A stretch of 54,965 nt of DNA from an uncultured Ignavibacterium sp. (lineage in GTDB: Bacteria > Bacteroidota > Ignavibacteria > Tepidaquicellales > Tepidaquicellaceae). Location: contig CAZGNS010000001.1 in NCBI GenBank assembly GCA_964527915.1, positions 1 through 54,965 of the forward strand, read 5' to 3'. Of the stretch, positions 27,146 to 35,494 are shown piece after piece. Numbering within the stretch: position 1 is the stretch's first letter; each line of letters begins with the position of its first letter. The translations under genes and the position numbers were made by a program. The notes below the pieces were generated by a model. That model was not told the origin of the DNA. It searched no databases and saw only the letters and a program-made list of their open reading frames with translations.

Positions 27146-29179
27146 ATGGAAAGTTCGGAACTTAAAATATTCAATACCTTTAAAGAACCGATATATGTGC
27201 TCGATAAAAAGATGCGCATAATATACTTTAATGAAAGTACGGAAATTTTTCTTAGAAATAATTTCAATCTGGAAATACTACCGGGTGAAGATATATCAAA
27301 ATTTGCTTTTGATTTCTTCAAAGATGTGCATTTCTTTTATGAAGAAGTATCTTCAAAAGGTAAACTTATTAATAAAGAAGTTACATCTTTATCAAACGGT
27401 CTGAATTACAGAATTTATATTACGCCCATACAACTGAGAGGGGAAAAATCTTTTTTTACAAAGATAGAAACCGATAAAGGAATAAATGATTCGGAAAATT
27501 CAATCCTGAATGATTTACTACTGAAATATCATTACAGCAAGAGTAAAACCGGTGTGATAATATTTGATGAAAGGGGGAGTATAATATACTATAATAAAAA
27601 GTTTTTAGAAATAATGAATCTTCAGAAATACGAAGATTATTTTGCAGGAAGAGCATTCAGAAAAATTGATGTCATATCCTTAATGTCCGATTCGATTGTA
27701 GGCGCAGAAGATTTTTTCAGGTTTACTAAAAAGTCGGGTAAACACGGTTGCAAAGAAAAAGATATTGTTTTTAAAAATAACAAAAGTTACAAACTTCTTA
27801 TAGACCCGATTTTAAATAACATTAATAAAAAAGTAGCGTATGCTTTTGTGTTAGATGAAAATCCCGTTAATGAAGTGAATTTTCATCCTATTTTTAAAAA
27901 AGGAGATTTGTCTGTCTTTCAGTCAGCAGAATATGGTGTGATGATTTTCGATAGACATTCTGAAATACATTTTGTAAATAATTATCTTTGTAAAATTCTG
28001 AAATATGAACCCGAGGAACTGGCTCTGCAGAATGCAGAAACATTTTTTGGTTATGATGAAAACGGTGAAAGCATAGTCCGTGATATTTATAAACCCGAAA
28101 ATTTATTGCACAGCAGAAATGTATTTCTTGAAGGGAAAAATAAAGAAAGATATCAGTTCAAAGTCAATTTCAGAAAATTTCAGAATATTTTTATTTATGC
28201 GGCTTTAATCCTGCAGGGAGATGTATTTGGTGAAGTCCGAAAAGAAGTTAAAGAAAGAAATATATTTTATAAACTTGCAGTGAAATTAAGAAATTTTAAT
28301 CACAATGAAGTATCACTTACAAATCTGAACAGGTTAGGTCTTCTTATAAAAAATCTGAATTCCATAATGTATCCGTCTTTGGGAATGGTTGAAGCAGATA
28401 AGGGAGAAATTTTGTTTCCTCAGGCACTGGATAAAATTATTACACTTCTCAAGGAATATAATTTCAAGACTCAACCTTTGCTAAATGAAATCCTTTTATT
28501 GCTGAGACTTGTGGAGCCCGAGCTTAAATCACTGAATCTTTTTACAAAAATTAATACATTAAGCAAAAATTTGGAAGAATGCATAAATACAAATTCAAAA
28601 ATATTTTCTGCAATTCTGAATGAAAAAGAAATTGTTATGGTTTCCGATATAATTTCAAATAATCAAGATACTATACTGGAAACAGTGAACAAGATTAAGT
28701 ACATAGTAAAAACAGTAAGAAGCCTGCTTTATCAGAATTTCCGAACTGATATTGAACCAATCTTGATGAAAATTGCAGATAATTACAGACATAAATATAC
28801 CGATATTCCGATAGAAATAAATGCTGAAAAAGTTTCTGAAGTACTGATAGATAAGGATGAACTAAAGGATATGCTGGAAATTTTATTTAATAATGCATAT
28901 CAGGCAATGAACAGGTCTGATTCGGAAGAAAGAAAAATTGAAATAAAGATTTTACCTTCAAACAATAAATGTACATTGCAATTTCAGAATATCGGCAGCA
29001 CGCTCGATGAAAAAGTAAGGGAAAGGCTCTTTGAAATCGGGGCATCCAGCAATTCCGATGAAAGGGGTTTCGGATTGTATTATATCAGAGATTGTATAAC
29101 AAAATTCGGCGGAGATATATTCTATGATGAAGGGTTTAAAGATGGAGTAAGATTTAATCTGGAATTCAAACAAATATAA
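27146..29179 (+). CDS. Cytoplasmic PAS-domain sensor kinase-like protein with HATPase_c domain and atypical H and G1 boxes
   Basis: 677 aa with no TM segment. PAS-like repeats (e.g. GVIIFDERGSIIYYNKKFLEIM and GVMIFDRHSEIHFVNNYLCKIL). N box LFNNAYQAM and G2 box GFGLYYIRD are present. NIGST stands where DxGxG is expected. There is no clear HE..PL H box; the best candidate is FNHNEVSLTNL. Confidence 0.7.
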   Translation: MESSELKIFNTFKEPIYVLDKKMRIIYFNESTEIFLRNNFNLEILPGEDISKFAFDFFKDVHFFYEEVSSKGKLINKEVTSLSNGLNYRIYITPIQLRGEKSFFTKIETDKGINDSENSILNDLLLKYHYSKSKTGVIIFDERGSIIYYNKKFLEIMNLQKYEDYFAGRAFRKIDVISLMSDSIVGAEDFFRFTKKSGKHGCKEKDIVFKNNKSYKLLIDPILNNINKKVAYAFVLDENPVNEVNFHPIFKKGDLSVFQSAEYGVMIFDRHSEIHFVNNYLCKILKYEPEELALQNAETFFGYDENGESIVRDIYKPENLLHSRNVFLEGKNKERYQFKVNFRKFQNIFIYAALILQGDVFGEVRKEVKERNIFYKLAVKLRNFNHNEVSLTNLNRLGLLIKNLNSIMYPSLGMVEADKGEILFPQALDKIITLLKEYNFKTQPLLNEILLLLRLVEPELKSLNLFTKINTLSKNLEECINTNSKIFSAILNEKEIVMVSDIISNNQDTILETVNKIKYIVKTVRSLLYQNFRTDIEPILMKIADNYRHKYTDIPIEINAEKVSEVLIDKDELKDMLEILFNNAYQAMNRSDSEERKIEIKILPSNNKCTLQFQNIGSTLDEKVRERLFEIGASSNSDERGFGLYYIRDCITKFGGDIFYDEGFKDGVRFNLEFKQI

Positions 29180-29183
29180 TTAT

Positions 29184-30551
29184 ATGGATAAATTACTTGT
29201 AATAGATGACAATACTATTTTTCTTGATGACCTTGAAATGCTGTTGAACAGAAAGTACGAACTGATAAAAGCTACTAACGGAACTGAAGGACTGAATATA
29301 CTCCGCAATGAAATGGTATCAACTGTTTTGCTTGACCTTCACCTGCCTGATATTTACGGGCTTGAAGTTCTTAAAATAATAAGAAATGAAATAGATACGC
29401 ATTTACCTGTAATCATTATTACGGAATTTGACAGCACAGAAAATGTTGTTGAAGCCATGAAAGCCGGTGCATACGATTTTCTTACGAAGGACTTTAATCT
29501 TGAATTGCTATCGGCAAAAATTGATAAGGCACTTGCTCATAGAAAACTGGAGCTTGAAGTTGATGTGCTGCAGAAAAATATTTCCGACCAGCAGAACTCA
29601 TTTATTTTCGTCTGTGAAAAGATGAAAAAAATCAACTATGAAATTACAAAATTTGCCCGTATGAATTTTGATGTATTAATTACGGGAGAAACAGGGACAG
29701 GCAAGGACCTTGTGGCATCACTGATTCATCAACGAAGTGAAAGAAAAGATAAACCGTTTATAACTGTTTCATTGAAATCTCTGAGTGAAAATGTAATTGA
29801 GTCGGAACTTTTCGGACATGAAAAAGGTGCATTTACAGGTGCAGATAAAATGAAGATAGGACTTTTTGAAGCGGCAAACGGCGGTACTGTATATATTCCC
29901 GAAATATCTTGTCTGAATGAAACGATACAGCTTAAACTTCTGAACTTTATGCAATATAAGTCAATTAACCGAGTAGGTCAGGACAGAAGAAAAGGCGAAA
30001 TTAAACTTGATGTCAGAGTCCTGATGGCTTCGAATGAAAAGCTGGAAGATTTGGTGGAAGAAGGTAAAATGAGAAAAGATTTTTATTTCAGAATATCAGG
30101 TATAAAGCTTGAACTACCTCCATTACGTGAACGCTCGGAAGATATTCCGAAACTCACTGACTATTTTATAGAAAAATATTCAGGTATCCTTGAGCATAAA
30201 TATACATTGCAACAGGGATTGATAGATGAGCTTATGGCATATCAATGGATGGGGAATGTACGTGAACTTGAAAACTCAATAAAAGGAGCAATGATATACT
30301 CAAATGACGGAGTTCTGACAAAAGAGCATTTTCCGAATTTATCACTTAATCCATTTTCAGGCAAAGAGCAATCATCATACGAACATTTAAATGATTTAAA
30401 ATATGAAGATGCACTTGAAGAATTCCGTAAGACATATTTTACATCACTTTGGGAAAAAGCCGGTCAGGTAAGCTCTACAGCAGCAAAAATGTCAGGAATG
30501 ACACAACAAGGTCTGAGAAAAATTCTTAAAAAATATAATTTAATCGACTAA
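29184..30551 (+). CDS. Sigma-54-dependent response regulator (NtrC family: REC + AAA+ + Fis-type HTH)
   Basis: REC domain with LLDLHLPD. GETGTGKDL Walker A, ELFGHEKGAFTGA (GAFTGA loop), a WMGNVRELEN motif in the position of the usual WPGNVREL, and a C-terminal HTH. Confidence 0.9.
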   Translation: MDKLLVIDDNTIFLDDLEMLLNRKYELIKATNGTEGLNILRNEMVSTVLLDLHLPDIYGLEVLKIIRNEIDTHLPVIIITEFDSTENVVEAMKAGAYDFLTKDFNLELLSAKIDKALAHRKLELEVDVLQKNISDQQNSFIFVCEKMKKINYEITKFARMNFDVLITGETGTGKDLVASLIHQRSERKDKPFITVSLKSLSENVIESELFGHEKGAFTGADKMKIGLFEAANGGTVYIPEISCLNETIQLKLLNFMQYKSINRVGQDRRKGEIKLDVRVLMASNEKLEDLVEEGKMRKDFYFRISGIKLELPPLRERSEDIPKLTDYFIEKYSGILEHKYTLQQGLIDELMAYQWMGNVRELENSIKGAMIYSNDGVLTKEHFPNLSLNPFSGKEQSSYEHLNDLKYEDALEEFRKTYFTSLWEKAGQVSSTAAKMSGMTQQGLRKILKKYNLID

Positions 30552-30758
30552 ATGGAAAAAGGAAAAGTTTTAAAGCAGACGTATAAATTATGTAGTAAAT
30601 GCGGCAATTTTATAAATAGTGAACTGGACGAAAAATATTGTTATCTTTGCGGAACGGAATATATTGATGAATGTCCGCAATGTAAAGAAGAGATAATATA
30701 TCCTCTTCTGAAAGTGTGTCCTATATGCGGATATAAACTGATTAAAGAAAATAAATGA
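30552..30758 (+). CDS. Double zinc-ribbon small protein
   Basis: 68 aa with four CxxC pairs (CSKCG, CYLCG, CPQCK, CPICG). The ATG directly abuts the regulator stop codon. Confidence 0.65.
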   Translation: MEKGKVLKQTYKLCSKCGNFINSELDEKYCYLCGTEYIDECPQCKEEIIYPLLKVCPICGYKLIKENK

Positions 30759-30771
30759 AATAATTCTATAA

Positions 30772-31569
30772 ATGGAAAATCAAAATGAAGCGTTTTCACT
30801 TCCTGAACTTAAAGGCAGGAATCGTAAAGATAAGCAGAAACTGAAAGTCATTATAATAATTTCATCAGTAATTATTATAATTCTTGCAGTAATAATAATA
30901 TTGTTGTTATCAAAGAAAAATAATCAGGATAATAGTATAATCGGAGCAGATGAAATATCTAAAAATTATTCAAGTGGAATAGAAGGAAAGCTTGAAGCAA
31001 TTATTTTTAATCTGCACGACGGAATAAGATTACCGGATTCTATAAAATATACGGTGAATAATACCATATATACAGAGCGGGGAAATAAATATGTTTGTGA
31101 TTTTAATAAACTGCAACAAATGTTAATGAAAAAAGGTGCTATAACAAGTATCAATCTTGAATCACGGACATACAAGGATAAAGACGTTACAAGCTGGATA
31201 TACAGGGTGTTTTATAAGGGTACAACTTCTGAACCGATATATGCAGAGTATATGATGGATATCTTTGAATCAAACGGCGTAATAAATATTAATTCGTTGG
31301 AGCTTATTGCAGGTAATATTCCTGATGCGTTAAGTATCGATACATCTAAAAAGGAAGCACCGGTAATAGATACCGCAGCAATCAGAAAAAGAGCGGAAGA
31401 ATTAAAGAAGGCGGATTCGCTTGCTGCAGCAAAAAGACGTGATTCAATTATGAATCTTAAAAAAGATACACTTAAAATGAATGATACTACTTCAATAAAT
31501 ATAAAAAAGAAAAAATACGGAACAGATGAAAAAGAGAAACCTGCACTTCCTGATTCATCACATAAGTAA
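30772..31569 (+). CDS. Membrane-anchored hypothetical protein
   Basis: 265 aa. Single TM helix (VIIIISSVIIIILAVIIILLL), a globular middle region and a Lys/Asp-rich tail. No family recognised. Confidence 0.6.
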   Translation: MENQNEAFSLPELKGRNRKDKQKLKVIIIISSVIIIILAVIIILLLSKKNNQDNSIIGADEISKNYSSGIEGKLEAIIFNLHDGIRLPDSIKYTVNNTIYTERGNKYVCDFNKLQQMLMKKGAITSINLESRTYKDKDVTSWIYRVFYKGTTSEPIYAEYMMDIFESNGVININSLELIAGNIPDALSIDTSKKEAPVIDTAAIRKRAEELKKADSLAAAKRRDSIMNLKKDTLKMNDTTSINIKKKKYGTDEKEKPALPDSSHK

Positions 31570-32761
31570 GTTACTGACGGTATTATTTCTCGTCGTATCG
31601 GATATTGCTTCTGCTCAAAACAGTTTTAAAGCAGGAGATGAAGTATTACTTGACAGCCTGAATCTGCTAAAAGGGAAGCGAATTGCACTGATTACAAATA
31701 AATCCGCAATACTTCCCGGTGGCACTCATATCTCAGATGAATTATTAACCCGTGGAATAGATGTCAGGAAAATATTTTCACCCGAACATGGTTTTGAAGT
31801 AAATAATAAAGATATATCAACAATAAATAATGTAGAAGTAATTTCAATTTATGATAAAAATAAAACTTTTACATCGGAACAGATAAAAGATATTGATGCT
31901 ATCATTTTTGATATACAGGATTTGGGAGTAAGATATTATACTTATGTTTCGACATTATATCTGACAATGAAATCAGCATGTGAGAACGGTATGCCTTTTA
32001 TATTGTGTGACAGGCCTGCAATCGGCAATCCGGATTATGTTTCAGGGTATATGTTGGATGAAAAATATTCTTCTTTTGTAGGATTGATTCCCGTAACCTC
32101 CATTTACGGAATGACAATCGGAGAACTGGGAAATTTTCTTTATAATAAAATCACAGAAAGTTGCGGAAATAAATTTGATTTCAGGGTTATGAAAATGCAG
32201 TGGTACAACCGTTCGTCAGACTATAAAAATCTTTATTCAAAATGGGTTGACTTGTCTCCTAATATAACATCAATTGAGAGCGGACGGATTTATCCGGCTT
32301 TGGTTTATCTCGAAGGGACAAATATCTCTGAAGGAAGAGGAACAGATATGCCGTTCAGAATTTTCGGTGCTCCTTTCTGCAAATCAGAAGAAATAATAAG
32401 TCAGTTAGAAAAATACGAATTTAAATCAGTTAAATTTTCAGCAGCAAAATTTACTCCGCATAAAAATGATTTATCGGCTATGCCTAAGTTCTGTGATGAG
32501 CAGTGCGAAGGCGTTAAGATAGAAATCCGGGATTTAAATGAATTTAAGCCTATGGAAATATCTGTGGCGATTCTCCTGACATTAAAAAAACTGTATCCTG
32601 AATTTCAATGGACGGGGAAAAACTTTATTGATAAACTTGTCGGGAAAGATACTTTAAGAAATATGATTGATGAAGGGAAATCATTTGATGATATAATTAA
32701 TTCATACAAAGATGATGTGGATTCGTTTAATAAAATCAGAAAACAATTTTTATTTTATTAA
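31526..32761 (+). CDS. DUF1343 family protein, NamZ-like exo-beta-N-acetylmuramidase
   Basis: 411 aa. Signal peptide, FSPEHGF, DIQDLGVRYYTYVSTL, EGTNISEGRGT. 44-nt overlap with the upstream gene. Confidence 0.75.
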   Translation: MKKRNLHFLIHHISKLLTVLFLVVSDIASAQNSFKAGDEVLLDSLNLLKGKRIALITNKSAILPGGTHISDELLTRGIDVRKIFSPEHGFEVNNKDISTINNVEVISIYDKNKTFTSEQIKDIDAIIFDIQDLGVRYYTYVSTLYLTMKSACENGMPFILCDRPAIGNPDYVSGYMLDEKYSSFVGLIPVTSIYGMTIGELGNFLYNKITESCGNKFDFRVMKMQWYNRSSDYKNLYSKWVDLSPNITSIESGRIYPALVYLEGTNISEGRGTDMPFRIFGAPFCKSEEIISQLEKYEFKSVKFSAAKFTPHKNDLSAMPKFCDEQCEGVKIEIRDLNEFKPMEISVAILLTLKKLYPEFQWTGKNFIDKLVGKDTLRNMIDEGKSFDDIINSYKDDVDSFNKIRKQFLFY

Positions 32762-32774
32762 ATAATTTATAAAA

Positions 32775-33464
32775 ATGGAAGAACAAAATAATCAAAGCAA
32801 ATTCGGTAGTGATTCCTCACATCTACCGCCTCCACCCGTTCCGCCTTCTTCGGGACAATATCAGCCTCCATTTGATATGGGACAATATCAGCCGCAATAT
32901 AATCCGCCGCCAATGAAAACCGGAAATAAAAATTTGGGATGCATAATTGGTGCTGTTTCTGTAATTGTTATATTAATTCTGGTTATTATAGCCGGAATTC
33001 TATATATAACAAGTAAAAAAGATATTAATAAAGAAATTACAACAGAGCAAAAAACAACTAAGCAGCAAAAATCAATTACTGATTCAAATGATGTAAATGA
33101 AGGGGTGAGATTATATTTCTGTGAAGAATATGATGTGGATAATTCTGAAGAAATCGGTGTAAGTGATAAATTCACACCCGGCTGGCTGACTGTAATGCTT
33201 GATATGAGAGATGCAGGGAGAACCATCGGTTGTAAAAAAGTCTATCTGGAGATTTATAAAATTACAGATGAGGAAGAAAACAGCATAAAGCCGGTTAAAA
33301 TGAAAACAATAGAATTTAATGTTTCGGCAAGCTATGACTACATATATTTTAAGGATACTGATAAGCTGAAATTCAAGACACCCGGTATATATCGGGTAAG
33401 GTTATTGGATTCCCGGAAAAATTTTGTTGCCGAAAATACAGTGAAGATAGTTTCAAAACATTAG
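32775..33464 (+). CDS. Pro/Gln-rich N-terminus, single TM helix, and C-terminal copy of the P1 domain (paralogue P2)
   Basis: PPPPVPPSSGQYQPPFDMGQYQPQYNPPP (a 15-nt direct repeat GGGACAATATCAGCC encodes GQYQP twice), TM helix, then LYFCEEYD...FTPGWLTVM...FNVSASYDYIYFKDTDKL...PGIYRVRLLD. Confidence 0.7.
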   Translation: MEEQNNQSKFGSDSSHLPPPPVPPSSGQYQPPFDMGQYQPQYNPPPMKTGNKNLGCIIGAVSVIVILILVIIAGILYITSKKDINKEITTEQKTTKQQKSITDSNDVNEGVRLYFCEEYDVDNSEEIGVSDKFTPGWLTVMLDMRDAGRTIGCKKVYLEIYKITDEEENSIKPVKMKTIEFNVSASYDYIYFKDTDKLKFKTPGIYRVRLLDSRKNFVAENTVKIVSKH

Positions 33465-33528
33465 TACATTTAATATATTATTCTTTTCAGGTATTTGCTG
33501 ATTTATATTAAAAAATAAAATATAAAAC

Positions 33529-33571
33529 GATAAACTTTTATCTTGACAATTAAAATTAATTATGCCATATT
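33529..33571 (+). promoter_or_regulatory. Candidate lexA promoter with an adjacent inverted repeat (possible operator)
   Basis: GATAAA-CT-TTTATC (33529-33542) abuts TTGACA (33543-33548). A 17-nt spacer leads to CATATT (33566-33571). The ATG at 33577 has no Shine-Dalgarno sequence. The AT-rich context makes chance matches likely. Confidence 0.3.
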
Positions 33572-33576
33572 AATAT

Positions 33577-34203
33577 ATGGATAAATTAACTGAAAAGCAG
33601 GAAAAGGTTTTTAAGTATATCAAAGAATATACAATAGAAAATTCTTTTCCACCAACATTAAAAGAACTTGCTGAAAAGTTCAAAGTAACAATAGGAACGA
33701 TGCAGGATTATGTTTTCGTTCTTCAAAAGAAAGGGTATGTCGTTCACGAAAAAAATACTGCTCGGGGTTTCCGCATTATAAAGGATACAGAAGATGACAA
33801 TAAAAAGAAGTCAGAGCCTAATCTGATTCCATTATACGGAAATGTTGCCGCAGGTACTCCTATATTTGCTGATAATAATATTCAGGGATATATATCTTTT
33901 GAAGAAAACAGACGTGGACATAAACTTCACTTTGCACTAAAAGTAAAAGGTGATAGTATGGTTGATTCCGGTATATATGACGGAGATATAGTTATCGTAC
34001 GAAAGCAGGATACTGCGGACGACGGAGATATTGTCATAGCATTGCTTGAAGACGAAGCAACCGTAAAGCGGCTTCGAAAAAGAAAAATCAATGCATATCT
34101 TGAAGCATCTAATTCACATTATAAATCTATTATCAACAGTCCATTTCAGGTAATAGGAAAAGTGATTGAGTTGCGTCGTAAGTATGATATAAAATCTTTA
34201 TAG
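33577..34203 (+). CDS. lexA: LexA repressor
   Basis: N-terminal winged HTH, VAAG cleavage site, GDSM serine and VKRL lysine of the S24 peptidase dyad. Confidence 0.9.
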   Translation: MDKLTEKQEKVFKYIKEYTIENSFPPTLKELAEKFKVTIGTMQDYVFVLQKKGYVVHEKNTARGFRIIKDTEDDNKKKSEPNLIPLYGNVAAGTPIFADNNIQGYISFEENRRGHKLHFALKVKGDSMVDSGIYDGDIVIVRKQDTADDGDIVIALLEDEATVKRLRKRKINAYLEASNSHYKSIINSPFQVIGKVIELRRKYDIKSL

Positions 34204-35490
34204 CCCGAGCCGTTTGAAAATGTAATTCACATTTGTCAGACATTTTGTATAATCAAAAACTGCATCAAGTTCTTTGTCTGAAATATATTTTCTTACTTCG
34301 GGGTTATTTTTCACTTCAGTGATAAAATCCAGATGCTCATCCCAGCAATGCATTGCAATAGTCTGCACAATCCTGTAAGCATCTTCACGCTTCATTTTTT
34401 TATCAACCAAAGCCAGTAAAAGGTTCTGCGAAAATATCAGACCTTTTGTCAGGTGAAGATTCTTTTCAATATTATCTTTATGAACTACAATGTTATCTAC
34501 AATGCTGCACATTTTATCCAGCATATAATCGAGCAGAATTGTTGAATCCGGGAAAATAATTCTTTCAACAGAAGAATGTGATATATCTCTTTCATGCCAC
34601 AAAGGTATATTTTCCATAGCAGCTATACTGTTACCTCTGATAACTCTGGCAAGTCCTGACATCTGCTCGCATGTAATCGGATTTTTTTTATGCGGCATAG
34701 CTGATGAGCCTTTTTGCCCTTTAGTAAATTTTTCTTCAAGTTCAAGCACTTCTGTTTTCTGCAGATGCCTAATTTCAGTTGCAATCTTATCAATTGAAGA
34801 TGCTATAATCGCAAGTGTTGCCATATATTGCGCATGTCTATCCCGTTGAATAATCTGAGTAGAAATATTTACTGTTTTCAATCCTAATTTTCTGCATACA
34901 TACTTTTCGACAAATGGAGAAATGTGTTCGTAAGTTCCCACTGCACCTGATATCTGACCTACCGAAATATTCCTGATGGCTTCCTGCATACGATATATAT
35001 TCCGATTGAATTCATCATACCAGAGGGCAAATTTCAGACCAAGAGTAATCGGCTCTGCATGAACGCCGTGAGTTCTGCCTATCTGAACAAGATTTTTATA
35101 TTTTTTTGCCTGTCGTTTAAGTATGTTACTGAAGTTTTTCATATTTTTCAGAATCAATTCACCTGCCTTTTTCAACTGAACGGAGAGCGCAGTATCAAGC
35201 ACATCTGAGCTTGTCATCCCAAGATGTATAAATCGTGAGTCCTCTCCAACGTATTCTCCTACATTCGTCAGAAATGCTATTACATCATGTTTTACAACTT
35301 TTTCAATTTCGGGGATTTTGTCCACGTCAAAATCAGAATTTTTTAAAATATTTTCGAGTGACTTTTTCGGGATATTCCCGAGCTTGCATTGTGCTTCGCA
35401 GGCATATTTCTCAATTTCCAGCCAGATACTGAATTTCGTTTTTTCTGACCAGATTGATTTCATTTCTTCTCTTGTATATCTTTCTATCAT
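34198..35490 (-). CDS. purB: Adenylosuccinate lyase
   Basis: 430 aa. MTSSDVLDT, GRTHGVHAEP, SSAMPHKKNP signature. Confidence 0.9.
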   Translation of the reverse strand: MIERYTREEMKSIWSEKTKFSIWLEIEKYACEAQCKLGNIPKKSLENILKNSDFDVDKIPEIEKVVKHDVIAFLTNVGEYVGEDSRFIHLGMTSSDVLDTALSVQLKKAGELILKNMKNFSNILKRQAKKYKNLVQIGRTHGVHAEPITLGLKFALWYDEFNRNIYRMQEAIRNISVGQISGAVGTYEHISPFVEKYVCRKLGLKTVNISTQIIQRDRHAQYMATLAIIASSIDKIATEIRHLQKTEVLELEEKFTKGQKGSSAMPHKKNPITCEQMSGLARVIRGNSIAAMENIPLWHERDISHSSVERIIFPDSTILLDYMLDKMCSIVDNIVVHKDNIEKNLHLTKGLIFSQNLLLALVDKKMKREDAYRIVQTIAMHCWDEHLDFITEVKNNPEVRKYISDKELDAVFDYTKCLTNVNYIFKRLGL

Positions 35491-35494
35491 TTTA

